Part shown: piece by piece, positions 19,256 to 31,400 of the stretch
Layout: each line of letters begins with the position of its first letter
How positions within the stretch are numbered: the first letter of the stretch is position 1
Program-made: the position numbers and the translations under genes
Notes under the pieces: model-generated
Seen by the model: only the letters and a program-made list of their open reading frames with translations
Databases searched by the model: none
Told to the model about the DNA's origin: nothing
Assembly: GCA_031259965.1 (NCBI GenBank)
Contig: JAIRKT010000109.1
Span: 64 to 64,063, forward strand
DNA length: 64,000 nt
Origin: Christensenellaceae bacterium
GTDB lineage: Bacteria; Bacillota; Clostridia; Christensenellales; DTU072
Direction of reading: 5' to 3'

Positions 19256-22210
19256 GTGTTAAATAAGCAAAGAGGTAATCAGGTAGTGAGACCCAAAGGG
19301 AAAAATGAATATTATCCTGCAAATAAAGTAGGTTATATAATAGGAATTATAGCATTAGTATTAGTAATACTATCCTCGCTTCCAGTTATACATGACTTTA
19401 TGTTGTCTGTCTTTGGGTATGTGATTTTTGTTTATCTCCTCGCAACAATTTGTATAAGTTCATTGCTAGCGGGAGGACTTCTTAGAAAAATCAGCAAGCG
19501 AACTCTCTGTTTTATCCTATTAATATCACTCTTAGTGATTTGCACACTACACATAGCTTTTTCAAAAACCATAATTAATAGTAATTCAAATTATTTATTA
19601 GCGCCATTGCAAAAAAATAATTATAAAACTGTGGGTGGTATTTTAATTTCGATCATAACATTTCCTCTAGCAGCTGTTTTTGGATTTTCATATTCATTAT
19701 TGTTAATAGTACAATTTGCCATAACACTAGCAGTGACACTGCTCTGTTTATATTTGTATTTCAACAAAAAAGTGGCAAAACCAAAAAACAATAGGCGATA
19801 TTTAGACGAAAAGTCTGATGATATAAAACTATATTCAAGAATGTTAAACAGTGAACAGCAGCTAGCAGAAATAGATAATAGTGAAAATCAACCCAAAGTG
19901 CCGATTGATTATGAGGGTGCGAATAGGATTTTTTTAGATCCATTGAGAGTTAGAGGAAATAGAAGCATAAGTGAGGTTTTTGACAACGCAGGACGCAAAA
20001 AACAGGCCAAGCCACTGTTTTCCTCAATAAACGAATTCCATAGAGATATGCAAACTGATCCTTTAGACAACAGATATAATAGGAGTAGATCAGTAGCAGA
20101 AGTATTTGGGGATTTTAGTGCAACTGAAGAATTACGCACGCTTAACACTTTTGAAGAAACAAAGAGTGAAGGTCAAGCGATACCAATTAAAAGCGATCCC
20201 ATAGCAAATTACATGAGTTCTTTTAAAGTTGACCAAGGCGACAACTATACTAGCCAATCTAATCGGGAAGTGGCTTTAAAAACCGAGATAGATGACATTA
20301 TCAAAAGGACTCCACTTTTCACTAAAAATGACATTAAAAACGAAGATAATTTTGTAGAAAGAGCCGCTAAAAACTCATTATCAAAATATTCAAATGGTGA
20401 TATGCGTAATTTAAACGAAACAAAAGAAAGAGTTAATTTGGATTCGGATCATGAAAAGACCATACATCACCATACAATAGAGAGACACACGGTCATTGAA
20501 GATAGTAAAGCAAATATAAAATCTTCAAGCGCTTTTGAGAAAGAAAATATTGATACAGATGCTGTTAATTCTAAAAACCGATTTGGCTCATCATCAGTAG
20601 CAAAACCTACAGAAGTAGTTAGAACCGCGCCCATCGAACCCGTGGTCGGAATTAAAAACAATAATGATTTAGTGGTGCAAGTGCCAGACTCTGTAAATGG
20701 CATCCCAACAGGAATTGTACCAAAATTAAAAAACTTAAAACACCCTTATTGTGCCCCACCTCATTCCTTATTAAAAACTTATTCAACTGACACGTCAAAT
20801 TATCCAAGTGATTATGCACAGAGGAAAGAACAGATTGAAAACGAATTGTCAGCAGCTGGTATTAGTGCTAATGTGTATTCTGCAACACGTGGTGCGGTTT
20901 TTACCAGATATGAGATGAGATTGGACAATGCTTTGCAGGTGTCGAGAGTGAAGTCTTTAAATGTCGTAGAATCCTTAAAGATGAGACTTAAAGTGAAAGT
21001 TTTGGAAATTGAAGCGCCAATTAAGGGCAAAGATGCAGTAGGAATTTTATTTCAAAACGATAAGGCTGAAACTGTAGGTTTAAAATCTATAATATGTAGT
21101 AGTGAGTTTATTTGTCAAAAGGAAGGTATTACTTTTGCATTGGGCCAGGATATAGATGGTGTTCCTCATGTAGCAAATCTAGCGGAAACTAGTCATCTCA
21201 TAGTAGCAGGAGCAACTAACACGGGGAAAAGCGTCTTTATGAATTCCATGTTAGTTAGTATATTGTTTAAGCATTCGCCAGAGGATGTGAGATTTATCAT
21301 AATAGACCCGAAGCGAGTTGAGTTTGTTAGTTATAAAGGTTTGCCTCATATGTTAATTAAAGATCCAATAACAGAAATTGGACATTCACTTGCTGTAATC
21401 AGTTGGGTTATAAATGAGATGGAACGGCGCTATACATTGCTAGAAGCATATAATTGCAGGAAATTAGACGAGTATAATAACGGCAAACGAGACAAGATTA
21501 ATGAACCCAAATTACCACGCATTCTTCTTGTTGTAGATGAAATGGCTGATTTAATGCTAAGGGCACGAGGCCTTGCAGAAGATAATTTAACTAGAATAGC
21601 CCAAAAGGGACGGGCAGCTGGCATTCATATGGTTATTGCTACACAGAAGCCGACAGTTAATATAATAAGTGGTTTAATATCTGCTAACGTCGTTAATCGT
21701 GTGGCTTTTCAAGTTATTAAAAATGTGGACAGTCGCGTTATATTAGATGATAATGGGGCCGAAGAACTTGTAGGAAGAGGGGATATGTTGTATAAAAGTA
21801 ACGTTGACTTAAAAAGGATGCAAGGTGCATATTTAGATTCGAGTGAAATAGATGCGGTTTGTGATTTTATTAAAGCGAATAATGAGGGGCACTTTGATGA
21901 AGAGCTCGATGCTTATATAAGAAAAGAGGGTGCTTCGCATCCAGACAAACCGGTGAGCGATTTAGATGGTGGAATGTCCTCTGGTGAAAATGATCCGCTA
22001 TTTAGGCGTGTGTTAAAAGCTATCATATTAGATGGTAAAGCTTCAACTAATTCTGTAGTAACAAATTACAGTATAAGTTATATAAGGGCAAAACGCATGA
22101 TAGATGCTATGACTAAGAAAGGGTATTTAGCTCGCGAAAATGGAAACAAGGCGCGAGATGTATTGCTAACTTATGACCAATATAAGGAGTTATATGGAGA
22201 AGACGAATAA
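19256..22210 (+). CDS. ftsK: DNA translocase FtsK/SpoIIIE
   Basis: N-terminal TM segments, a long low-complexity linker, Walker A 'GATNTGKS', Walker B 'LLVVDEMADL', and a C-terminal gamma wHTH. The GTG start abuts the upstream TGA stop. Confidence 0.93.
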   Translation: MLNKQRGNQVVRPKGKNEYYPANKVGYIIGIIALVLVILSSLPVIHDFMLSVFGYVIFVYLLATICISSLLAGGLLRKISKRTLCFILLISLLVICTLHIAFSKTIINSNSNYLLAPLQKNNYKTVGGILISIITFPLAAVFGFSYSLLLIVQFAITLAVTLLCLYLYFNKKVAKPKNNRRYLDEKSDDIKLYSRMLNSEQQLAEIDNSENQPKVPIDYEGANRIFLDPLRVRGNRSISEVFDNAGRKKQAKPLFSSINEFHRDMQTDPLDNRYNRSRSVAEVFGDFSATEELRTLNTFEETKSEGQAIPIKSDPIANYMSSFKVDQGDNYTSQSNREVALKTEIDDIIKRTPLFTKNDIKNEDNFVERAAKNSLSKYSNGDMRNLNETKERVNLDSDHEKTIHHHTIERHTVIEDSKANIKSSSAFEKENIDTDAVNSKNRFGSSSVAKPTEVVRTAPIEPVVGIKNNNDLVVQVPDSVNGIPTGIVPKLKNLKHPYCAPPHSLLKTYSTDTSNYPSDYAQRKEQIENELSAAGISANVYSATRGAVFTRYEMRLDNALQVSRVKSLNVVESLKMRLKVKVLEIEAPIKGKDAVGILFQNDKAETVGLKSIICSSEFICQKEGITFALGQDIDGVPHVANLAETSHLIVAGATNTGKSVFMNSMLVSILFKHSPEDVRFIIIDPKRVEFVSYKGLPHMLIKDPITEIGHSLAVISWVINEMERRYTLLEAYNCRKLDEYNNGKRDKINEPKLPRILLVVDEMADLMLRARGLAEDNLTRIAQKGRAAGIHMVIATQKPTVNIISGLISANVVNRVAFQVIKNVDSRVILDDNGAEELVGRGDMLYKSNVDLKRMQGAYLDSSEIDAVCDFIKANNEGHFDEELDAYIRKEGASHPDKPVSDLDGGMSSGENDPLFRRVLKAIILDGKASTNSVVTNYSISYIRAKRMIDAMTKKGYLARENGNKARDVLLTYDQYKELYGEDE

Positions 22211-23532
22211 TGGCTAAGACTCTTTACATAACTTCGTTGGGATGCGAAAAAAACCGTATTGATACAGAGAACATAATGCATACATTGTCTAACGCTGGAT
22301 ACATTTTTGTTTCTGACCCCAAAAATGCGGATTATTTAGTTATAAACACATGTGCCTTCATAGAGGCCGCAAAAAAAGAAAGCATTAACGCAATCTTAGA
22401 TTTGTCAGATAATAAAGCTAATACTAACAAAAAACTTATTGTTCTAGGTTGCCTAGCAGAAAGGTATGGAAAGGAATTATCTGAATCAATGCCTGAGGTC
22501 GATGTTTTTGTAGGTGTTAATAGTTATCATGATATAGTAAACATAATAGAGAGGGAAGAGTCACGTGTGGTTATAAATCCACAATTTGTGCCTTATGAAA
22601 AGGGGCGTTTAGCAACTACCCTTCAAAGTTATGCATATATAAAAATAGCAGAGGGCTGTGATAACCATTGTACATATTGTGCTATTCCATCTATACGTGG
22701 CAGGTACAGATCGGAGCGTATGGAGTATTTAGTGCAAGAGGCTGAGCGTCTAAAAGACATGGGGATTAACGAATTAATAATCGTAGCCCAAGATATTACT
22801 CGCTACGGCATTGATTTGTATGGCACATATAAACTCAAAGAACTAATAAAGAGTTTTATAGAATTAAAGTTTTCCAAAATAAGATTGATGTATGCCTATC
22901 CAGAACTCATAGATGATGAATTAATCGAAATGATAGCAACCACGCCACAAATAGCAAAATACATAGATGTGCCATTACAACATATATCAGATCGTATTTT
23001 GAAATTAATGAATCGTAAAACTAGTGAGATGGCGTCTAGAGCTCTAATAGAGAAAATAAAAAATGCATCGTCTAAGATAGTAATTAGGTCAACTTTTATA
23101 GTTGGATTTCCAGGTGAGGAAGAAAAAGACTTTCAACTCTTGCTAAATTTCATAAAATCTGGTATGATAGATTATGCGGGTTTTTTTGAATATTCAAAAG
23201 AGGAAGGAACTCGTGCAGCTACCATGCCTGGTATGTTACCAAAAACTATCAGACACAAGAGAGCGATACAACTATCAAAAGAGCAAAGTCAGGTTATAGT
23301 ATCAAAACATCGCGAATATTTAAACCAGACGATTATAGTAATGTATGAAGGAATTGATTATAAAAAAGGCCTTTTTTTTGGACGCAATGATTATAATGCG
23401 CCTGATATTGATACTTTAGTTTACTTCACGTCTGACATACCGTTAGATATAGGTGAATTTTATTTTGTTAAAATAACAAAAACGGATTTCCATCTATATG
23501 GTAATGTTTTAGGTATAATAGGAGTTTATTAG
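22210..23532 (+). CDS. rimO: ribosomal protein S12 methylthiotransferase RimO (radical SAM MTTase)
   Basis: 'ITSLGCEKNRIDTE' (N-terminal MTTase cluster), 'AEGCDNHCTYCAIPSIRG' (CxxxCxxC), and a TRAM-like C-terminus. Confidence 0.82.
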   Translation: MAKTLYITSLGCEKNRIDTENIMHTLSNAGYIFVSDPKNADYLVINTCAFIEAAKKESINAILDLSDNKANTNKKLIVLGCLAERYGKELSESMPEVDVFVGVNSYHDIVNIIEREESRVVINPQFVPYEKGRLATTLQSYAYIKIAEGCDNHCTYCAIPSIRGRYRSERMEYLVQEAERLKDMGINELIIVAQDITRYGIDLYGTYKLKELIKSFIELKFSKIRLMYAYPELIDDELIEMIATTPQIAKYIDVPLQHISDRILKLMNRKTSEMASRALIEKIKNASSKIVIRSTFIVGFPGEEEKDFQLLLNFIKSGMIDYAGFFEYSKEEGTRAATMPGMLPKTIRHKRAIQLSKEQSQVIVSKHREYLNQTIIVMYEGIDYKKGLFFGRNDYNAPDIDTLVYFTSDIPLDIGEFYFVKITKTDFHLYGNVLGIIGVY

Positions 23533-23624
23533 CTGTGTCTAGTAAGTACTATACAAAATTGAATGTTATAGTGATGATTGAGTCAAAAAGCATAGATTCT
23601 ATACATAGGAGCACTATCTAGGCT

Positions 23625-24296
23625 ATGGAGCTTATAATGCAATGTTGCGCCACTGAAAACGAAATCAGGCGTAGAATTGAAGAATGTACAGGTGTTGAAT
23701 CTTATGAGATAGTAGGAAACGATTGGGACTATACTGTTGTTTTTGAAGAAGTAGATGACTATACGGCATCTTGTATTTTAAATACCATAAGTGATATAAT
23801 GTATGGGCAGGGTGAGTTAAGTCTAGCCGAAACATTTGTAAACAAAGCAATTGAAAAAGGCGTTTGTGTTTCAGTTGCAGAAAGTTGTACAGGGGGACTT
23901 TTAGCATCTTCAATAATAGATGTGGCGGGTGCTTCACAAATGTTTCAAGAGGGACTCGTTACATACACAGATATAGCAAAAATGGAACGACTAGATGTTA
24001 ATAGTGAGACACTATTAACGTATGGTGCTGTTAGTGAAGAGGCAGCAATTGAGATGGCCGAAGGACTCTTTATGAGTGCTCCTAATATCAAAGTAGGGAT
24101 ATCAACTACAGGTATTGCAGGGCCTGGAGGCGGAAGTTTAGAAAAGCCTGTGGGGACTGTCTATATTGCTGTTGTAGGTACTGGGAATGCAGAGGTTTAT
24201 AAAAATCTGTATAAAGGTGACCGTTTTACAATACGCAACAAAACGAAAAACTGCGCATTGTTTTATGCGCTAAAATATATTAATAAATATTACTAA
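23625..24296 (+). CDS. cinA: CinA-family nicotinamide-nucleotide amidohydrolase domain protein (short form, no MoCF domain)
   Basis: '[14 protein letters not shown]', '[13 protein letters not shown]' and '[10 protein letters not shown]'. It sits immediately upstream of recA, as in many Firmicutes. Confidence 0.85.
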   Translation: MELIMQCCATENEIRRRIEECTGVESYEIVGNDWDYTVVFEEVDDYTASCILNTISDIMYGQGELSLAETFVNKAIEKGVCVSVAESCTGGLLASSIIDVAGASQMFQEGLVTYTDIAKMERLDVNSETLLTYGAVSEEAAIEMAEGLFMSAPNIKVGISTTGIAGPGGGSLEKPVGTVYIAVVGTGNAEVYKNLYKGDRFTIRNKTKNCALFYALKYINKYY

Positions 24297-24309
24297 ACGG
24301 AGTTGTCAA

Positions 24310-25365
24310 ATGGAAGAGACAAACAAGAAAGGCAGAGCGACACCTGAAAATAGAGGTGAACCAACTGCCGAAGAACGGAAAAAGAAAGCACTTGCTGAAG
24401 TTTTAGCTAAAATCGAAAAACAATTTGGCAAAGGCGCAATTATGAATTTGAATAGCACTGATAGGTTTGCTGTTGATGTTATTCCTACAGGGTGTTTACC
24501 TTTAGATCAGGCGCTGGGGATAGGCGGATTGCCTAGGGGACGTGTAATTGAAATTTATGGTCCTGAATCATCTGGTAAGACTACAATAGCGCTACATGTT
24601 GTAGCTGAAGCACAAAAAATGGGTGGGATAGCTGCATTCATAGATGCAGAACATGCTCTAGATCCTATTTATGCAGCAAAATTAGGTGTTGATATTAATT
24701 CATTGTATGTAGCGCAACCAGATAATGGCGAACAAGGCTTAGACATTGCAGAAGAATTAGTTAAGTCTGGGAGCATGGATATAATAGTTATTGATTCAGT
24801 TGCAGCACTCACCCCAAAAGCCGAGATTGAAGGTGATATGGGTGATTCGCATATAGGGTTACAAGCAAGACTAATGTCACAAGCACTGCGTAAAATGACT
24901 GCTGTAATAAATAAAACAAATACCTGTGTTATATTCATAAACCAGTTGAGGGATAAAGTTGGAGTGATGTTTGGAAGTCCAGAAACAACTTCAGGTGGTA
25001 AGGCACTCAAATTTTATGCGAGTGTACGCTTAGACGTTAGAAAGATTGATGGGATAAAGGATTCCAATGTAGCAGTAGGCACTAGGACGCGAGTTAAAGT
25101 AGTCAAAAACAAATTAGCACCTCCATTCAGGAATGCTGAGTTTGATATGATATTTGGCCATGGGATCTCGATTTATGGCTGTTTGCTGGATATGGCAGTT
25201 GAAAAGAATCTCATTATTAAAAGCGGTTCATGGTTTAGTTACAAAGATGAAAAAATTGGTCAAGGTCGCGATAAAGCAATAGATTACATTAAAAACAATC
25301 CTGAAATACAAAACGAATTGGATACAAAAATCAGGGCTGAATTCAAAACAGAACTTGTTAAATAG
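24310..25365 (+). CDS. recA: recombinase RecA
   Basis: 'GPESSGKTT' Walker A, 'FIDAEHALD' and 'IVIDSVAAL'. Confidence 0.98.
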   Translation: MEETNKKGRATPENRGEPTAEERKKKALAEVLAKIEKQFGKGAIMNLNSTDRFAVDVIPTGCLPLDQALGIGGLPRGRVIEIYGPESSGKTTIALHVVAEAQKMGGIAAFIDAEHALDPIYAAKLGVDINSLYVAQPDNGEQGLDIAEELVKSGSMDIIVIDSVAALTPKAEIEGDMGDSHIGLQARLMSQALRKMTAVINKTNTCVIFINQLRDKVGVMFGSPETTSGGKALKFYASVRLDVRKIDGIKDSNVAVGTRTRVKVVKNKLAPPFRNAEFDMIFGHGISIYGCLLDMAVEKNLIIKSGSWFSYKDEKIGQGRDKAIDYIKNNPEIQNELDTKIRAEFKTELVK

Positions 25366-25437
25366 TCACAAATTAAAGGTAATTGTTTAATAAAAGCGAT
25401 TAGTTTTTTAACCAACACAAGTTTAGGAGGTGTTTTT

Positions 25438-26682
25438 ATGAAATTAAAAAGGGCAGTAATAGCGCTATTTGTTGTTGTATGCATGTTAGTTTTTATGTTT
25501 ACTGCATTTGCTTGTAACAAAGATAAAACGCCAGAAAAGAGTGCAATTATTGTAATTCCAGGTTTGCAGGGCAGCATATTATATGATCCTGTGACAAACA
25601 CACCTGCCTGGTCTGCAGAAGATTTCACCGAAGTGTCTTTATTAATGGATGCTCTTGAATATGGATATTTGAAATTCAATGATGATGGGTTGCCAGATAA
25701 CGAAGTTTCTGAGCGCTTAGTTACACCTGATTTTTACAGTGCATCTGCAAAATGGAAGTATGGAGTTAATTTAGAAGAAGTGGCTAAAGTTAAAGCTTTT
25801 GGTTTAACGCCTACAGTTGTAAAGGGCCTTACTCTAGCGATAGAAGAAAAGTATCAAGGCACAGAGCAAGAGGTGTTAGTTTATCAATATGACTGGCGCA
25901 GATCCAACGTAGAAGAAGCGGAGAAACTCGAAAATTTTATAGAAGGGCATGGCTTTACGGATGTTAAATTTGTAGTGCACAGTATGGGCGGCATATTAGT
26001 GAGCCAGTATCTTGCAAGAAGTCAAGCTAATATTGAAAAATGTTCCTTGTTTGTTTCTATAAGTACACCTTTCTATGGATCCTCTGAAATTACAAAATAC
26101 ATGGAAACAAAAAAACTTCCAGGCTCATTCATACATTTAAAAGTCGGAGTAGATTTCCCTTCAGCCTTTGAATTAATACCCTTTGCTAAATTTAATAATA
26201 CAGCACATTTTGAAGAGGGAGCTACTTCACTAATGGTTGATGGTGAATATTTATCTTATTCCGATGCCATAGCGCATTTTGGCGAAAACACAGAGTGGGG
26301 GCAAAATTCCCTCGGAGAACCTAAGAGCATGTTTAGTAGATTAGATGACTATTACAGCTCAATGTTTTTAAGTGATGGACGTCACATAACCCAATTAGTA
26401 AATTCATATTATATCCAAGGTAATGGCCGCGAAACAACTGTAACTGTTAGTTATAAAGATGGGGTTTATTATCCAGATGGAAATATAACCCAAAATCTGG
26501 GGGACGGCATTGTGCCTTTGTATAGTGGGATATGCGGTTTAAGTGTTGATGCAGAAAATGTTATTCTGATAGAAGAAGATTCTACATTGCCAGATAAAGA
26601 AGGATATGTGGGACACATGGCCCTGCCCTCACAACCAAGGACAATAGCAGAAGTTTTGAAATTACTAGAAAGTGTAGAGTAA
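25438..26682 (+). CDS. secreted lipoprotein, alpha/beta-hydrolase lipase/LCAT-like
   Basis: Lipobox 'FTAFAC' after a signal peptide, and the nucleophile elbow 'VVHSMGG'. Confidence 0.55.
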   Translation: MKLKRAVIALFVVVCMLVFMFTAFACNKDKTPEKSAIIVIPGLQGSILYDPVTNTPAWSAEDFTEVSLLMDALEYGYLKFNDDGLPDNEVSERLVTPDFYSASAKWKYGVNLEEVAKVKAFGLTPTVVKGLTLAIEEKYQGTEQEVLVYQYDWRRSNVEEAEKLENFIEGHGFTDVKFVVHSMGGILVSQYLARSQANIEKCSLFVSISTPFYGSSEITKYMETKKLPGSFIHLKVGVDFPSAFELIPFAKFNNTAHFEEGATSLMVDGEYLSYSDAIAHFGENTEWGQNSLGEPKSMFSRLDDYYSSMFLSDGRHITQLVNSYYIQGNGRETTVTVSYKDGVYYPDGNITQNLGDGIVPLYSGICGLSVDAENVILIEEDSTLPDKEGYVGHMALPSQPRTIAEVLKLLESVE

Positions 26683-26712
26683 AAGCATAGAGTAATAGAA
26701 TATTTTGTGTAT

Positions 26713-26739
26713 AAAAAGTGCTTTTAAAGCACTTTTTTT
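26713..26739. terminator. bidirectional intrinsic terminator
   Basis: AAAAGTGC-ttttaaa-GCACTTTTTTT, located between convergent genes. Confidence 0.7.
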
Positions 26740-27385
26740 ATTGCAATTCTATTGAGAGTCCTGAATCCAAAAGGCGCTGATGAGTTGAAGTTGGAAACCG
26801 AGTTAAAAACTTTTCCAGTTCCGCAATTTTAAGATCAAGACCCTTAAACAGTTCAGTCATTTTTTCTTTTATCTCAGGGGTGAGTGGTCCATCATATTGA
26901 TCTAATATACTAAGAACCATATGTGCATTGGCTAGATCCTGGGTTGTTTTGTGTTTTGATCGGTGCACAGTGCATAAGTATTTTTCAAAGGAAACAGGTC
27001 GTGTTCTGCTTTGAATTCTGTCTGAAACAATAATAAGTTTGGTAGGTTGTGTCTTAATAATACCGACCAAGTAAAGCAATTGTTCACCTAGGAAATAGCC
27101 ATAAATGTTTTTACCATCGGTTACATATCTGCGTTCAAGTATAGAATATGGATCCAGATTAATGGTTTCGCCTGAAGGAAGTGTTTTTGGAATATAAAAG
27201 GTTTGCGAGTCGTATCTCTTTACGAGGTTCTCATCAAGAAGCGAGAAAAGAAGGTTTGACGCGGCCAATTGTGAATAATCTGGCCAGGTTTCATAAACTT
27301 CGCTAATAAAGAATGGTTTTCCAACACCGAAAGTGGTTGCTAACTTTTCGAGTAAAACATTTTTTTCAGTTTTGTCAGCAGACAT
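26738..27385 (-). CDS. AbiEi-antitoxin-like (DUF6088-like) protein, no partner toxin gene seen
   Basis: An N-terminal wHTH-like segment, then 'IYGYFLGEQLLYLVGIIKTQPTKLIIVS', which resembles the AbiEi family core. GGAG RBS upstream. Confidence 0.4.
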   Translation of the reverse strand: MSADKTEKNVLLEKLATTFGVGKPFFISEVYETWPDYSQLAASNLLFSLLDENLVKRYDSQTFYIPKTLPSGETINLDPYSILERRYVTDGKNIYGYFLGEQLLYLVGIIKTQPTKLIIVSDRIQSRTRPVSFEKYLCTVHRSKHKTTQDLANAHMVLSILDQYDGPLTPEIKEKMTELFKGLDLKIAELEKFLTRFPTSTHQRLLDSGLSIELQ

Positions 27386-27844
27386 AGTATCGCTCCTGTT
27401 TTAATGAGATAGAAGTTTGTAATTTGAAAATTTAAGGAATAGATTTTTTGCTTTTATTATGTAATTCAATTTTGTTAAATGTTAACAAAACATGAATTTT
27501 CAAAAAACCAGTCTCATATATACATTTTACATTATTTTTTAAAATTGTCAATAAAAAAACCTGGTTTTTTGTATGTAAATTTTGTGAAAGTTAATTTTAA
27601 ATGCATAAACACAATATGTACAAAAAAATTTCATGAAAATGTAGAAAAAAAAAGCAGCGTTGTTAATATTTACAAATGTAAATTAAGTTAACAATATTTT
27701 TTTGATTTTTTTAAGTTTAGAATCTGAGTTAATATAGGTAATAATTGTTTTAATTATAATAAAGATAAGTAACACTATCTTTTTAAAAATCTATCTGCGA
27801 ATGGCTCTTAACTTTTGTATTGACAGACAAAAGAAGAGTATATT

Positions 27845-28363
27845 TCATTCAAAAGAGTTAGCGAATTCGTCTATTAGACGCTGGAGTTCAGACTTTGGCA
27901 TTGTTTGAGAGGTATTTAAATTTGATAATACTCGACTTAAGCGCTCTGTTTCTTTAATATAGGTTTGATTTGCAACAGAGAGATTTCCAAACTCCTTAGT
28001 TATTATTTTGTGCATATCCCTAGCACACTGGTCTAAAAGAGCATGTGTTCGCAAAATTTCTTCACCCAACTTTTCGGCGTCAGTTAGATTATCGATGAGA
28101 CCTAACCATTGTGATCTGTAGTTGTCTAGTCGATTACATTCTAACATAAAGCGAAGTTTGGTTTCTGATTCATATGCACTAGCGGTTTTTTGGGCGATAA
28201 GGAGTGCATCAGCTATGCTAGACTCTCTTAATTCGTAATCTTTGATTCGCTTTTTCAGATCATCGTTTTCACTTTTTAATTCTTCGATGCGATCTGTTTG
28301 GATAGTTCTTATATCATCTGCCAAATTAATTTTGGGCAGTTTCTTTTTATACATGCAAGTCAT
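27845..28363 (-). CDS. DivIVA-domain coiled-coil protein
   Basis: 'IEELKSENDDLKKRIKDYELRESSIADALLIAQKTA' is a typical DivIVA N-terminal pattern. Confidence 0.6.
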   Translation of the reverse strand: MTCMYKKKLPKINLADDIRTIQTDRIEELKSENDDLKKRIKDYELRESSIADALLIAQKTASAYESETKLRFMLECNRLDNYRSQWLGLIDNLTDAEKLGEEILRTHALLDQCARDMHKIITKEFGNLSVANQTYIKETERLSRVLSNLNTSQTMPKSELQRLIDEFANSFE

Positions 28364-28466
28364 ACTTAATTATTATAACCGAAACTATATTAATAAAATT
28401 GTATGTTTTGTCGTAATATGACTAAAATTGAAAATTTAAGATTCAAGGAGGCCAGAAAATTGCAAA

Positions 28467-31400
28467 TCAAAAGTTAAATGGGTTATTAAAAGTATTCCAC
28501 TTGCTGTTTATGATTTCATAAAATAATTCCTCTTGATCTATAAAAAAGTCTTTATAAAGTTCAGCTATTGTTTCACGTGTCCATTTAATAAAACTTCGCA
28601 TTTCATTTATGTCATGAGTAAATTCTGACATGGATTTTACTAAATTACGCAACTTAGAATTAAAATCCTTTAAAATCTGATTGTATTTAGTAATATTGTT
28701 AACATCTGAGGATTTAAGACTCAGTAAAATGTTTTCTAGCATTATAAAAAGCTCAACTTCCTCGATGCTCTCTGTCGCAGTTTCAAAACGAATTCCGGTA
28801 TAGAAGGAATTTTCATTTATTTCTGCTGGTTTGTTCCCATCAGGATAATATATAAAAATCCCATCTAGATAGCCATTGAATCCATAAAAATAATTTGAAT
28901 GATTTTTGTAATCTGATCGCCACAACCAATAACCCTCTGTTCTTGTTGTGTAAACCTGCCATTGAGTTATATGCGTTTCATATAATTGATTATAAGCAAA
29001 CTGATTGGCGTATGGTGCAAAGGGTTGAACACAGGTATATAACCATACATTTTTTCCATTTTCATGACAATACTGCACAAGTGAATCAGATATTGCATAT
29101 GATAGTGGACAATAAATATCAAAATAGTCAAACAAAATATCCATATTTGCAGCCACTGGATTAACGTTAGCAAGTAGTCGTATACCGCGTGCAGCACCTG
29201 CTGCTGTTGCTGCATCCTTGCCTGCTCTTACCATTTCTGAAATTTCGAGTTCATATATTTTATAGAGTTCACTTCTCTCTAAAAGCCTACCTGATGGTGA
29301 ACTTGGAAAGAACTGTGGCTGATCCCATTCATCTTTCCATTTTACTATTACCCAATCCGCTAGAGTCTCATCATTTACATCTATAGACAACAAAAGATCA
29401 TTTATGAAATAATAATAGGAATAAAGCTTTTCCCTTTCACTCTCAAACCAGGCATTCCCAGTCCATTTTTCACCTTTCCAGTTGGTGGGATTGCCTATCC
29501 CACTGTCATTTCTAGCAATATATGTCAAATAATCCAGTCGTATTAAGGGCCTTCCATAATCTAAGGATTTAATTGCTAAATCAATCCACGCATACCACAA
29601 ATCCATTCCAGTTTCAACTGTAACATTCCAATTTTTGTATACATTTTCCTTTACACTATCAGATAATGGTTTGGTATAATCCCATGTTTTACTTGTTTCG
29701 TCATACCATGAATTATTGATTAAAGGTTCGACTATTTCAGCGCCATTGAGAAATTGGCGTTTATGAGAATAAAAAGACTCGGTGTATGGAGTTTCGCCCC
29801 ATGGAAGATTGTAATAATAGTGAGAGGAAGATGGTAAGCCATAGCTAGCAACATTAACTGAGATATTAACCTCAATAGAATTCGTTGCTCCTTTATTGTT
29901 TTTATATGTGAAATCAATTATCGCTCTATATGTGCCTGGATTTTGGTTTTCAGTTGAAAAAAAGTCAAACCAGAATGATGTATGATTTCCTTTGGTTAAA
30001 GGTGTGTTAATAACAGGCTGTAAAACTTCTGGATAGCTTTGATCATATAGAGGCGCAGCGTAGCGAATATTTAATTCTGACAGGCTAGAGCCGTCATCTG
30101 ACAGGGCAGAAACAATTCTGGCATTTAAGAGAGTTGAATTTTGTTTTGCGTACCAAATAATTTGCAGACTGCCATATTCGTTTTTGGATACATCAATTTC
30201 CGCATAATCGACAGATTTATATGCATTGGTTGGAATATAACTAGAGGGCATTATTTTTTCATAACTGTCTGTAGTCCATATGTAAAAGTCACTACTTGAT
30301 GCAAGAAGATCTCGTTCAAGTGAACTTTCAAATGAAAAACCCAAATAAACAGTGCTGCTTAGCAAAACAGCAAAAATAATTATGCTGACAAAAATCCTTT
30401 TATTAAAGGTTGTGAGGATTCTGTTTTTGAAAGTAGTTGTATGTCTTACCTGTGGTTGCAAAAAAACATACTGATCAGCAGTCGCAGGAGAAACAAGAGG
30501 TATGTGAACTTTTTGTTTTGGCTTAAATGATTCTATGTCAGATAGAATTTCTAAAACATATGCCAGCGCGAAACAGCAAGTAAAAAGTGTAGTAAAGAAT
30601 TCGCCAAATGGAATGTTCGATATTTTCATGTTATATGTTGGTGGCCAATCCCCAGCACCCTTTAATAGTGTTATTGCATGTGTAAAACCAACCGTCATTA
30701 GTCCAGTTAAGAAAAATGCTAGAATAAGCCCTACTACTCTACCACTACTTGGATTAAATTTTTTATCATTGAAAAATCTCTGTTTGAAGTTGTATGAGAT
30801 TATAAGCCCTAGTGATAGTCCCATTGTAAAGAAATGTCCACTTGATAAAATGAATTTGAATGGAAACCATTCATTTGACATACTGTTCGTGTATTTGTCA
30901 TACTGTAAACCATTAGTGACATTATCGTTTAATAGTAGAAACATACAAATTACAAACAAAAGGACACCGAGAGAATATAACAACTTGTCAACCAATGCGG
31001 AATAATTTTTTGATATTAGTTTTGAAGCGAGAAGATGTACTCCACAATAAATAAGTGTGCCCAGAATTCCAAATATTGCTATATTAATGAAAGCTATAGG
31101 CAGATAAATTACAATGCAAAAATAGTATACACCTACAATGATTCCTAGCATTTCAAAGAGTGATTTAAAAATGCGTATAACTGGATTAAATAAATTGCGT
31201 GTGATAGTCTTTGCAGACTTTAAATCAGTTTTTTCAGGCTTCTTTTTGAGCTCAAATGACACTAGGACAATAACAGCTATTACAAACAGAGTAGCCGCCA
31301 ATACAGTGGCAATTTGAAAGGTTCTAACGGTGCCTGGTATTGGTGCACCTGGAAAAAACAATATTTCATTTTTATCAATAATCCCGTATATTCCAATTCC

